Shown: positions 32,418 through 42,790 of the stretch, piece by piece
Position numbering within the stretch: position 1 is the first letter of the stretch
How the letters are laid out: each line of letters begins with the position of its first letter
Origin: Tubiluchus corallicola
Lineage: Eukaryota > Animalia > Priapulida
Assembly: GCA_030141605.1 (NCBI GenBank)
Contig: JAQGDQ010000265.1
Coordinates: 250,941-314,940 of the forward strand
Length of the DNA stretch: 64,000 nt
Reading direction: 5' to 3'
Program-made: the position numbers and the translations under genes
The notes under the pieces: model-generated
Databases searched by the model: none
Seen by the model: only the letters and a program-made list of their open reading frames with translations
What the model was told of the DNA's origin: nothing

Positions 32418-32936
32418 TTAAAGTATATTTTGGTGTTGGAAGTATAATGAGCAGGTATGTCCTGAGCTCTTTATAAGACTTATATTTTATTGATTATTTT
32501 TTTCAAAACTCTTATTTATACCAGCAAATTTAAATCTTATCTCCATCCGAGTCAAAGGTTTTTTGCTTTGCAGAGGTGCCTCGTTTTACATATTTATGTG
32601 CAAAGTGTGCAAATGAAGGGCGACTCTTTTTACAAATTTATTGAAAATATAGTGAGACTTATGCAAAACTTATCTTTTTATTGATGTTTTATTGGTTGTC
32701 CTCTTCAAGCCCCTTATTTGTAATCAGTAAATTGCTATTTCTTATCAAGTTTTATCTTATTCTGCCTCAAAGATTTTTCGCTTTGCATAGGTCCCAGAGG
32801 AGTATTATTGAGTAATTTCTTGTAAATTGTCATCTTAATTTATTCGGGGCCTAATGTAGAAATGTACTGCTGTCTGGCAATAGACAGGCAGAGAGTACCT
32901 CTTTAAGCCTGATTTAGGAACTAAACTTACATTCGA

Positions 32937-34394
32937 ATGATAAAAAGATTATACCTGCAATCTGTTTCAGCATGTTTATTTGCATTGTTTTTTACTAGTT
33001 GTTTTTCGTGTCCCGAGACAGGGAAGTCCACATCTGTTGGAGGGAGTGATGCCCGCAAGTACTGGAAGTTGTCAGAGGTGCAGTCCGGAGACGAAGGTCT
33101 TTTGTTTGGAGATAAAGCATCTAAAATAGTATCCAGGTTTACGTTGAAAAATTTTGAAGTTTCAGCGAAGATTAAGTCTTCTGGAGGGGCATCAGGTGTT
33201 ATAGGGTTTCACTATAAAGGTGGTGTTTCACCAAGTGGGTATAGAGTGTATATAAATAACAGTGATTATGGTACAGGGTGCAGGCAGAAGACCGGCAGCC
33301 TCTGTAATATAAGGAATAATTATGTAAGTACAGCTTTTGAAGATGAGTGGTTTAAGCTGAATATATCCGTTCGTGGAAATCATATAAAGGCGTCTGTTAA
33401 TGATAAAGTTATAAGCGAGTATTTTGAGCCTAAGACACCTGTAAGGCGGAGTAAGTTTGCGAAGATGCTGCTTTCACAAGGGAAGTTGTTTGTTGAAAAA
33501 GTAACAGGAGAGGGGGAGATAGTTGTGGGGGAGTTACTTGTTTATCCGCTGGAAGATGATGTTGTGGCTTGTGGTGCTCTTGATGCAAAGGAGGATGAGG
33601 TGCAACAGGTGTTGACACTTCTCAACCAGGATGGGTTTCCTTTAATTGATTATCACGGGCACCTGAAAGGAGGTCTTACTGCGGAGCAGGCCCGGCGGCA
33701 TGGTAGGAGTCATGGGTTTAATTATGGAATAGCTGTTAACTGCGGGTTGAAGTTTCCTGTAACCAGAGATGAGTCGCTTAATAAGTATATAGATAGTATT
33801 CGAGATGAGCCTGTCTTCAAAGCTATGCAGTGTGAGGGGCGTGAGTGGGTTACACTTTTCTCTCCTGAAGCGGTAGCAAAGTTCGACTATATTTTTACAG
33901 ATGCTATGACATGGACAGATCATAAGGGAAGGCGGATGCGCCTTTGGCTACCGGATGAGGTTGTTGTGGAAGATGAGCAGCAGTTTATGGATATGCTTGT
34001 TGAGAAGATTGAGTCTATACTAAAGTATGAGCCGATTGATATTTATGTAAATCCCACATATCTGCCGGAAGTGATAGATAAAGATTATGACAGGTTATGG
34101 ACGCCTGAAAGGATAGATCGTGTTGTAAAGGCATTGAAAAGCAATGATGTAGCGTTGGAGATCAATGCGCGCTTCAGGTTGCCAGGTATAGCTCTTGCCA
34201 AAAAAGCAAAAGAGGCGGGTGTTAAGTTTTCATTTGGCACTAACAACGGAAGTAATGATGATCTGGGAAGGCTTGAGTATTGCTTAGAAGTAATAAAAGA
34301 GGTAGGGATAGAGCCGGATGATATTTTTACGCCTCGTCCCAAAAATGATAAAAAAGTCATGGTGATGGGAATACCTTCAGAAGTAACCGGATAG
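32937..34394 (+). CDS. DUF1080 (3-keto-disaccharide hydrolase-like) plus PHP-like domain lipoprotein
   Basis: Lipobox, KTGSL...WFKLNISVRGNHI (DUF1080-like), DYHGHLKGG and ALEIN...FSFGTN motifs. Confidence 0.7.
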   Translation: MIKRLYLQSVSACLFALFFTSCFSCPETGKSTSVGGSDARKYWKLSEVQSGDEGLLFGDKASKIVSRFTLKNFEVSAKIKSSGGASGVIGFHYKGGVSPSGYRVYINNSDYGTGCRQKTGSLCNIRNNYVSTAFEDEWFKLNISVRGNHIKASVNDKVISEYFEPKTPVRRSKFAKMLLSQGKLFVEKVTGEGEIVVGELLVYPLEDDVVACGALDAKEDEVQQVLTLLNQDGFPLIDYHGHLKGGLTAEQARRHGRSHGFNYGIAVNCGLKFPVTRDESLNKYIDSIRDEPVFKAMQCEGREWVTLFSPEAVAKFDYIFTDAMTWTDHKGRRMRLWLPDEVVVEDEQQFMDMLVEKIESILKYEPIDIYVNPTYLPEVIDKDYDRLWTPERIDRVVKALKSNDVALEINARFRLPGIALAKKAKEAGVKFSFGTNNGSNDDLGRLEYCLEVIKEVGIEPDDIFTPRPKNDKKVMVMGIPSEVTG

Positions 34395-35638
34395 ATACAG
34401 TAGATGAAAAAGGGGGATCTTCTTTGTAAGCAGGCCTGGAGGGCTAGAGAGCCCGTTTTGATAAAGGTGTCAGCTAAAAAGATGAGCTTTATAGAAGGCT
34501 TAGCTTTTTTTATTACTTTTGTTGGTAAGGTTGTGAGGTGAAAGAGTCAATATAATTTCGGTTACAGCTTTTAGAGTGTAGTAGATTCCAGTATTACAAT
34601 TTAAAATATTAAAAGCATGAAAAAATTTGTTCTCTGTTTTGTAGTTTCTGTATTTATTGCTTGTAGCAGCTTCGCTCAGACAATTGACCTTGGAGTAAAA
34701 GCGGGACTGAACACTTCGTGGTTTTCAACTGCTGCAACTGGGCTGGATTTAAGTGAGCTTTCTTTTTCCGATTTTAGTACTGATAAGACCAAGTCTGGCT
34801 ATAGTTTTGGTCTCTTTGCTCGTGTTGGTAAGAAGCTTTATCTTCAACCCGAGCTTTTGTATTCTAAAAAAAGCGGGATTACAAATTTTCAAAGTGGTGA
34901 GGTGTCTGCCGAGCAAATCCAGTATAATCAGGATATCTCCGTTACTTCTTTGGATATTCCCCTGTTGCTTGGGTACAAAGTTTTAGACCTCAAACTTCTT
35001 TCTGTACATGCCTTTGCCGGTCCTGCTGCTTCTATTGTTCTTGATAAAGAGTCCAGCCTTTTGGATATTGACAGTAACACAATAGTTGATGCGGGAAACA
35101 ACTATAATTCCCTCATATGGGATCTCCAGTTCGGAGCGGGTATTGATATAGCTAAATTTACTTTTGATGTAAGGTATTCAATGGGGATAACAAATATCAG
35201 TGACGCTAGTTACGACAGTATCATAGATGAATTTAATTTTGAAAATAAAGCGAACTACCTCACATTCTCTTTAGGGTTTAAGCTATTCTAGTGAGTTTTA
35301 ATGTGAGGAGTTATATTCTACTATAACAGAAGGTTGTGGTGTAAAATATAGAGCCCTTGAAAGTCAGTTGGCTCTTGAGGTTTTTAAGTCTGTGTTTTTC
35401 ATTTTTTCGATTTTCCTTGAAAGTCAGTTAGCTCTTGAGGGCTTCTCTATTTTATAGATATAGGCCATCACCTTTGGAGCCGTAAAGCTTTTATGAGATA
35501 GGCCTTTTGCCTGCTTTTTGCAAAGAATCTTTAAAATCCCTGCTTACTACTTCGGGTTCGTATCAAATTTTCTCTCGAGTTAAGTTTTAAATACTTCTCT
35601 TTAAAGGAACTTCATTGTTATTAAAAATATATTAACTT
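34081..35638 (+). repeat. 1558-bp direct repeat, left flank of IS1634-like copy 2
   Basis: Matches 37285-38833 with at least 8 substitutions and 3 indels; ends exactly at the TIR. Confidence 0.95.
34617..35291 (+). CDS. Outer-membrane beta-barrel (porin family, OMP_b-brl_2-like) protein, copy A
   Basis: Signal peptide, LGVKAGLN, YLQPELLYS, LDIPLLLGYK, FDVRY and terminal F. Confidence 0.85.
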   Translation: MKKFVLCFVVSVFIACSSFAQTIDLGVKAGLNTSWFSTAATGLDLSELSFSDFSTDKTKSGYSFGLFARVGKKLYLQPELLYSKKSGITNFQSGEVSAEQIQYNQDISVTSLDIPLLLGYKVLDLKLLSVHAFAGPAASIVLDKESSLLDIDSNTIVDAGNNYNSLIWDLQFGAGIDIAKFTFDVRYSMGITNISDASYDSIIDEFNFENKANYLTFSLGFKLF

Positions 35639-37284
35639 CCTGTTTTGTGCATTGCAGCACCCAAGTTTATAATTTCATATTTAACAACTTTTTTTGCATT
35701 TCAGTTGGCTGTAATATTTTTGTTCTGACTTGTTTCGATTTGGGCAGAGTGTATTGCAGCTGCCTGATCTGCCGGATTTGTTCCAAGGCTTTTTCAGCAG
35801 AGATATCAATATTATTTGCCTTCAATAACCTTTCCAGCTCTTTGTAAATGGCATAGGCTGTGAAACAAATACAGATATGGGCTTCAATGCGTTCTTTTAA
35901 GCGGTGATAAACTGGCCGTATTCGTAAATCAGTTTTTGATATACGAAAAGCTTTTTCCACTTGCCACAACTGACTATAATTCCCGATAACATCTTTTCTC
36001 GGTAAATGGGTATTGGTTACATAACCCTTCAACCCATCCCAAACTCTATCTGACTGGAACTTATCGTAGTCGATTTTAACGGCAATCTCCCCCGACAGAT
36101 TCAGATATTTATTATACCCGCGATTATTTATGTGATTCTTTGTTAGCTTGCCGGAAGCAACACGTTTTTCAAGTCTTTTTAAGCCCTTCTCTCTGTTTTT
36201 TTATCGTTGAAGGCTCTTTTTTCTGAGAAGCTGATAATCAACCTTCCATTCTTGTTTTTCAACTCAACTGGCTTGTTTTCTTTAATATCAAGAGCTATAA
36301 TTTTTTCTTTTATTTTTTGACTTTCATTCTTTATCCGTCCTCCAAGTATGTACTCGTATTTGTTTTCAATCAAGGCATTTATGTTCTTCTGCGAGAGTAA
36401 AGCTGCATCGGCAACTACAATAGGCCTTTCGATATTAAATTTATTTTGAAAGGCTTCCAGAACAGGGATTAGTGTTTTTGTTTCAGAGGTGTTTCCCTCG
36501 AATATTTGATAGCCAATCGGGTATCCATATTTACCCACCAGTAAACCTATCATTATTTGCGGTTGTTGAAGCTTGCCATCTTTGTTGAATCCGGGAATAC
36601 GGTAGTCATCTTCTTCTGATGCCTCAAAATACAATGTGGTCATATCATAAAATGCGATACTTATCTTTCCTTTTAGTAGCTTCCTGGTGTGCTTAAAGGT
36701 AAGTTGTTCAATTTGTGGCTTTAAACTTGTATTTAGCTCGTCAAGGAAACGATAAATAGTGTGTACGCTAACATCTGTATTCAGGTGCTGTCTAAAATAG
36801 TCAACGGTTTTTAATTTGCTTCCCGGGTACACTAACCGACATAATACCAGGTTGCGAAAATAATTGCAGCACCCATCATCCGGAAAGTTAAAGACTTGAT
36901 AAATTTTGCCTAAAATTAATTCACTTCCTACAACTTGTAAATGATTGTTTGCAATGCTGTCCACAAAGTTTTCAACCACCAAATCATCGTGTTCAACAAA
37001 AAGCGATTGCATGCCCCTAAGCCGCTCTATCTCTGTGTTGGTAAGCAATAAAAGCAATTCTTCTTCCCGCTTTGTTTTTGCGCAACCTACGGTTTTTACA
37101 ACCTTATATTTACCATGATTTTTTGAGATTATCTGTACACTCACAGAACCACTCCGATTCTTATTTTTTCGGACAAACATGCATAAAATTAAGCATGCAG
37201 CACCCAAAATGCAAATTTGAAATTCCTATCTTGCTGATAATCAGTAGTGCATTCTTGGGGCGTCGTTGTGGTGCACAAAACAGG
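35639..37284 (-). mobile_element. IS1634-like element, copy 2 (1646 bp)
   Basis: Same TIRs as copy 1, inverted orientation. Confidence 0.93.
35667..37180 (-). pseudogene. IS1634-family transposase, frameshifted
   Basis: T7 at 36196-36202 versus an 8-nt run in the other copies splits the ORF into 342-aa and 121-aa pieces. Confidence 0.85.
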
Positions 37285-37598
37285 AAGATTATGACAGGTT
37301 ATGGACGCCTGAAAGGACAGATCGTGTTGTAAAGGCATTGAAAAGCAATGATGTAGCGTTGGAGATCAATGCGCGCTTCAGGTTGCCAGGTATAGCTCTT
37401 GCCAAAAAAGCAAAAGAGGCAGGTGTTAAGTTTTCATTTGGCACTAACAACGGAAGTAATGATGATCTGGGAAGGCTTGAGTATTGCTTAGAAGTAATAA
37501 AAGAGGTAGGGATAGAGCCGGATGATATTTTTACGCCTCGTCCCAAAAATGATAAAAAAGTCATGGTGATGGGAATACCTTCAGAAGTAACCGGATAG
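37285..37598 (+). pseudogene. Duplicated 3' fragment of the DUF1080/PHP-like gene
   Basis: Matches the last ~103 codons of 32937-34394. Confidence 0.9.
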
Positions 37599-37820
37599 AT
37601 ACAGTAGATGAAAAAGGGGGATCTTCTTTGTAAGCAGGCCTGGAGGGCTAGAGAGCCCGTTTTGATAAAGGTGTCAGCTAAAAAGATGAGCTTTATAGAA
37701 GGCTTAGCTTTTTTTATTACTTTTGTTGGTAAGGTTGTGAGGTGAAAGAGTCAATATAATTTCGGTTACAGCTTTTAGAGTGCAGTAGATTCCAGTACTA
37801 CAATTTAAAATATTAAAAGC

Positions 37821-38486
37821 ATGAAAAAATTTGTTCTCTGTTTTGTAGTTTCTGTATTTATTGCTTGTAGCAGCTTCGCTCAGACAATTGACCTTGGAGT
37901 AAAAGCGTGGTTTTCAACTGCTGTAACTGGGCTGGATTTAAGTGAGCTTTCTTTTTCCGATTTTTTTAGTACTGATAAGACCAAGTCTGGCTATAGTTTT
38001 GGTCTCTTTGCTCGTGTTGGTAAGAAGCTTTATCTTCAACCCGAGTTTTTGTATTCTAAAAAAAGCGGGATTACAAATTTTCAAAGTGGTGAGGTGTCTG
38101 CCGAGCAAATCCAGTATAATCAGTATATCTCCGTTACTTCTTTGGATATTCCCCTGTTGCTTGGGTACAAAGTTTTAGACCTCAAACTTCTTTCTGTACA
38201 TGCCTTTGCCGGTCCTGCTGCTTCTATTGTTCTTGATAAAGAGTCCAGCCTTTTGGATATTGACAGTAACACAATAGTTGATGCGGGAAACAACTATAAT
38301 TCCCTCATATGGGATCTCCAGTTCGGAGCGGGTATTGATATAGCTAAATTTACTTTTGATGTAAGGTATTCAATAGCGGGGATAACAAATATCAGTGACG
38401 CTAGTTACGACAGTATCATAGATGAATTTAATTTTGAAAATAAAGCGAACTACCTCACATTCTCTTTAGGGTTTAAGCTATTCTAG
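37821..38486 (+). CDS. Outer-membrane beta-barrel protein, copy B (diverged duplicate)
   Basis: 221 aa versus 224 aa for copy A; reading frame intact. Confidence 0.85.
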   Translation: MKKFVLCFVVSVFIACSSFAQTIDLGVKAWFSTAVTGLDLSELSFSDFFSTDKTKSGYSFGLFARVGKKLYLQPEFLYSKKSGITNFQSGEVSAEQIQYNQYISVTSLDIPLLLGYKVLDLKLLSVHAFAGPAASIVLDKESSLLDIDSNTIVDAGNNYNSLIWDLQFGAGIDIAKFTFDVRYSIAGITNISDASYDSIIDEFNFENKANYLTFSLGFKLF

Positions 38487-38865
38487 TGAGTTTTAATGTG
38501 AGGAGTTATATTCTACTATAACAGAAGGTTGTGGTGTAAAATATAGAGCCCTTGAAAGTCAGTTGGCTCTTGAGGTTTTTAAGTCTGTGTTTTTCATTTT
38601 TTCGATTTTCCTTGAAAGTCAGTTAGCTCTTGAGGGCTTCTCTATTTTATAGATATAGGCCATCACCTTTAGAGCCGTAAAGCTTTTATGAGATAGGCCT
38701 TTTGCCTGCTTTTTGCAAAGAATCTTTAAAATCCCTGCTTACTACTTCGGGTTCGTATCAAATTTTCTCTCGAGTTAAGTTTTAAATACTTCTCTTTAAA
38801 GGAACTTCATTGTTATTAAAAATATATTAACTTCACTCTCTCATTTTAAAAATGATAGGAAAACC

Positions 38866-40644
38866 TTGAGTATTGATGTTATTATAGTATTTGCAGTGCT
38901 CGCCTTTATTCTTATTTCTCTCTATTTTGAAATACTGGGGCCGGCTTTTACTTTCGTTATCGCAGTTGGGGTGCTGGGTATTACAGAGATACTCTCTCCA
39001 GTAGAAATACTTAGCGGATTTGCTAACGAGCAGCTGGTGGTAATTTTACTGCTGCTTATTTTGGGTGATATTATTCGCCAAGCATCGGTGGTGGATAGGA
39101 TATTTGAAAAGCTCTTTAGTGGGACAAAGAGTTACAGAAGTTTTATTGTCAAAATTATGTCCATTGTTGCCACCTCTTCTGCTTTTCTTAATAACACTCC
39201 ACTTGTTGCTATTATAATGCCGTATATTCACAGTTGGGGTAAAAGAAATAATATTTCTCCATCTAAACTGCTAATACCGCTTTCTTATGCGGCTATTTTG
39301 GGTGGTTGTGTAACACTTATAGGTACATCTACCAACCTCATGATAAACGGTATGGTAACAGAGCAGGAGATAGTCCCGGATCTTCCCCAGCTGAATATAT
39401 TTACCTTTTTCCCAATTGGTGCAACTATGGCCTTAATAGGGATCTGCTACATCACTTTTGCGGGGAAGAGGTTTTTGCCCGACAGAAAAGATGCGATGAA
39501 TGAGTTTCGCTCAAAAAATCGCGAGTATATTTTGCAGGCACAAATTACCAAAGGTTCTCCACTGGCAGGGCAGGAGATAATGAACAGGGAGCTCAGCAGC
39601 CTGAAAGGATTATATCTCATAGAGGTGATTAGAGAGGGAGAGCATATCTCCGCTATTTCTGTGCAGACCAAGCTGCGGGAAGGGGATTTTGTCGTATTTG
39701 CAGGAGATACTAATACAATAGCTGATATTATAACAAAAAGTGATTCAGGCTTATCATTTCCGGCTATAGGCACAATAAGTAAACAGAGGGCCACCGAGGT
39801 GGTTGAGGTTGTTATATCACACAACTCTTCATTAATAGGCAAAACTGTGATAGATGCCGGCTTCAGGAGCAAGTTTGATGCTGCAATTATCGCAATACAC
39901 CGAAACGGGGAGAGGATATCAGGTAAGATCACCTACCAAAAGTTGAGGGCAGGCGATGTACTTCTTCTCTTTGCAGGTAGCAATTTTACAGCTCTTTCGT
40001 CCGGCACTCTGGATTTTTACCATATTTCCAAGGTGAAGTCTCACTGCAAAATAAATACTTGGCAAATAGCTGTCATTTTTGGGGGTGTCGGGGCTGCTAT
40101 TTTGCTATCTGCCCTCCACCTTGTTCCACTCTTCACATCACTTTTGGTGCTTATCATCCTTATTAGTATGCTCAGGATATATCCGTCGAAGGATATTCCT
40201 AAAAGTGTTGATTATGAGCTAGCTATGATAATAGCGTTATCATTATCATTAGGTACAGCTATGCTAAAGACAGGAGTTGCTGAAATGATTGCCGAAGGCA
40301 TAATATCTGTCTGCGAGCCATTTGGGAATATTGCACTGCTTACTGGTATCTACCTTATCACATCAATATTGGCCAATTTAATCACAAATAAGGCCGCTGT
40401 GGCTATAATATTTCCCATATCGTTAACTATGGCATTAAATCTGGAGTTGTCGACAACTCCTTTTATCCTTGTTGTCGCTTTTGCCGCTGCCGCCAACTTT
40501 ATGACTCCCATAGGCTATCAAACAAACCTTATGGTGTATGGCCCTGGAGGGTATTCTTTTAAAGATTTTTTTAAGTTTGGGTTCCCGCTTACGCTTATTT
40601 ATATGGCCGTTACTGTTACCATTTTGGGGTTGGCTTATTTATAG
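38866..40644 (+). CDS. SLC13-family permease with TrkA-C domains
   Basis: SAFLNNTP, TLIGTSTNL, two TrkA-C repeats and TPIGYQTNLMVYGPGGY. Confidence 0.92.
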   Translation: MSIDVIIVFAVLAFILISLYFEILGPAFTFVIAVGVLGITEILSPVEILSGFANEQLVVILLLLILGDIIRQASVVDRIFEKLFSGTKSYRSFIVKIMSIVATSSAFLNNTPLVAIIMPYIHSWGKRNNISPSKLLIPLSYAAILGGCVTLIGTSTNLMINGMVTEQEIVPDLPQLNIFTFFPIGATMALIGICYITFAGKRFLPDRKDAMNEFRSKNREYILQAQITKGSPLAGQEIMNRELSSLKGLYLIEVIREGEHISAISVQTKLREGDFVVFAGDTNTIADIITKSDSGLSFPAIGTISKQRATEVVEVVISHNSSLIGKTVIDAGFRSKFDAAIIAIHRNGERISGKITYQKLRAGDVLLLFAGSNFTALSSGTLDFYHISKVKSHCKINTWQIAVIFGGVGAAILLSALHLVPLFTSLLVLIILISMLRIYPSKDIPKSVDYELAMIIALSLSLGTAMLKTGVAEMIAEGIISVCEPFGNIALLTGIYLITSILANLITNKAAVAIIFPISLTMALNLELSTTPFILVVAFAAAANFMTPIGYQTNLMVYGPGGYSFKDFFKFGFPLTLIYMAVTVTILGLAYL

Positions 40645-40737
40645 CGTAAAAGAGAGTATATAGTTGCGCCTTTATTAGGGCTTATAATTTGGTGCCGGCC
40701 AAAGAATAATCCTTGTAAAGGTTTTGTGTTTTGCACT

Positions 40738-42663
40738 TTATGATGCGCTCCCTCTTTTTGAGTTATATTTGACGGAGATCATCGATATATCATCCTTTTG
40801 GTTGGAGTGCTCGCCTCTGTGTTGCTTTACCGCCTCAATAGTTGCTTCAATAATCTGTTTGGGCTCTTTTACGCTAACGTTTTGAATTTCATTCTGTAAT
40901 CTTTGCTGTCCAAAAAGTTGCCCGCTGCTATTATACTCTTCTGTTATCCCATCGGAATAGCCAATAAAAATATCTCCAAGTTTTAGCGCCACCTCTGTTT
41001 CATCAAATTTTTGATCTTCTATAATACCTACAGGAGTGCCGTGAGAGTGAGGTAAGTCTTCTAGTTTACCATTACGTTTTAATATAAATGGGTGCTGATG
41101 TCCGGCATTACAGTAGGTAAGTTTTCCGGTAGAAAGGTTAAGGATGCCTAGAAATACTGTTACAAACATATCCGAGCTGTTATCTCTGCTCAGCTCCTCA
41201 TTCAAAAGCGTAACAATTTTACTTGCGGAATGGTTTCTACTTGCAATACTTCTGAGCATTGTTTGAGTCATTACGGAGAACATTGCAGCAGGTATTCCTT
41301 TTCCCAGGGTATCGCATATTGATATAAACAACTGGTTGTCGTCCAGTAAATAAATATCATAAAAGTCTCCACCAACTGATTTTGCAGGAATAAGTACGCC
41401 GTAACAATCGAAGTCAGTTCTGTTTGGGTAAAGAGGAAACTTGGAAGGGACCATACTCATCTCTATATCACGTGCAAGCTCCAGCTCTCTGTTCAGGCTT
41501 TCCTGGTCACGTTGGCTTTTATCCCACCTGGAGTGGTATGTCTCTATTTGCTGTTTTAATACATTTAATCCTTCTGTCAGTATGCTTATGTCGTCCCGGG
41601 GCTCCGGCAATGTGTCCTCTTCTTCTATAAGCTTGCGTACGCTACTGGCTAGTCGTGAGATAGGGGAAAATATTACTTTCGAGAGATATATTACAACTGC
41701 TACCAGGAGTGCTATGCTGATAATCAATAGTGTTAGCAGCCACATGGAAGCTTTGTTCAGCCCGGCAAGTATCTCTGTTCTTGGGACAAAAGCTAAAGTC
41801 ATCAGTCCCTTTTCAGAGACAGACCAGGATACAGCAGCGCTTTTTCTGTTTTCATGGCATATGTCTCTAATTTTTATTATAACACCACTTTCCCTCTCTC
41901 TTAACGCACTCGTTATTGAGCTAAATGCGTTATTGTCAAAGCAACCGCTAATGGCCTCAATTTTTTGTCCTCTGTATTTTCTTTCCGGGTGGTATACTAT
42001 CTGCCCGCCATCTGCAACAAGAAGCAGATAGCCGCTGTTATATATGTCTGTATTTTCTAGTTCATTGATAATGTCCTTTATGGAGATGATACAGTTAATA
42101 ATGCGCCATTTTTGTATACCACCTTCATGTACTCGGAGCGCTGTTGCATAAGCAAGCATCGGTTCTCCGGTTTCATCTATATAGAGCGGGGTGCTTCGGT
42201 TCGTCTCTTTTTCTTCAATTATGTTTTTGTACCAGTTGTCGAGTAGGTGCCTTTTTTTTATAAGTGTATGGTCCTTTGTGTCAATGCGCCCTATATTATT
42301 CACCACGAGAATATCTTTTAGATGACCGGTGCTCCACTCATCGTCATACTCTTTGATATGAATAGCGTAAAATCCATTTTTAAATTTCATGGTGGTGGAC
42401 AGAAAGTTTTCAGTCTCTTTTTCTTCTTTGCTGTATTTGTAAACGTTGTTTTCCAGAAAAGAGACTGTTTCATTGGCCTGGTTTGCTATGTATCCAAGTT
42501 TTTCAGTGGAGCGCAGGCTACTTATTTTGACCTCACTTTCCATGTTCTTTAGGACTACTATTTTAGCAAAGTTGTATATTATAAAGGTTACAGTTATTAG
42601 GATGACGCTTCCTCCTAGTATCACTAGTGTTCCAAAGCGGGATATTAGATTACGATTTTTCAT
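40738..42663 (-). CDS. SpoIIE/RsbU PP2C phosphatase with Cache and HAMP-like domains
   Basis: Two TM segments, VGGDFYD, DTLGKGIPAA, NAGH, SDGITE and DDIS motifs. Confidence 0.9.
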   Translation of the reverse strand: MKNRNLISRFGTLVILGGSVILITVTFIIYNFAKIVVLKNMESEVKISSLRSTEKLGYIANQANETVSFLENNVYKYSKEEKETENFLSTTMKFKNGFYAIHIKEYDDEWSTGHLKDILVVNNIGRIDTKDHTLIKKRHLLDNWYKNIIEEKETNRSTPLYIDETGEPMLAYATALRVHEGGIQKWRIINCIISIKDIINELENTDIYNSGYLLLVADGGQIVYHPERKYRGQKIEAISGCFDNNAFSSITSALRERESGVIIKIRDICHENRKSAAVSWSVSEKGLMTLAFVPRTEILAGLNKASMWLLTLLIISIALLVAVVIYLSKVIFSPISRLASSVRKLIEEEDTLPEPRDDISILTEGLNVLKQQIETYHSRWDKSQRDQESLNRELELARDIEMSMVPSKFPLYPNRTDFDCYGVLIPAKSVGGDFYDIYLLDDNQLFISICDTLGKGIPAAMFSVMTQTMLRSIASRNHSASKIVTLLNEELSRDNSSDMFVTVFLGILNLSTGKLTYCNAGHQHPFILKRNGKLEDLPHSHGTPVGIIEDQKFDETEVALKLGDIFIGYSDGITEEYNSSGQLFGQQRLQNEIQNVSVKEPKQIIEATIEAVKQHRGEHSNQKDDISMISVKYNSKRGSAS

Positions 42664-42790
42664 AGGCGCACTAGGTGATAGTCTATAGAGCTACGTTTGG
42701 GTGGTTAGTTTGTCAAAGTAAAGTGTTTTGCTTTTAGTTTTAAGGATAAAGCGGTTATGCAATTAGTTTTTAAGACGTTTTTTTTATAAG

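Larger units (their letters stand above)
37285..38833 (+). repeat. 1549-bp direct repeat, right flank of IS1634-like copy 2
   Basis: Starts AAGATTATGACAGG as at 34081 and ends ATTAACTT as at 35638. Confidence 0.95.

Noticed and set aside
35355-35440. CRISPR array
   Set aside because: Only two repeats, no cas genes and no leader. Kept only as an unexplained repeat.
36179-36202. Programmed frameshift in IS1634-like copy 2
   Set aside because: The other two copies have an 8-nt run and a continuous ORF, so this is a mutation or a homopolymer sequencing error.
34617-38486. Diversity-generating retroelement template/variable repeat pair
   Set aside because: No reverse transcriptase in the window, and the differences are not adenine-specific.
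34081-38833. Pure assembly artefact as the cause of the 1.56-kb duplication
   Set aside because: The copies differ at multiple sites, the boundaries coincide exactly with the TIRs, and two other insertions show the same architecture. Reads are still needed to exclude it fully.
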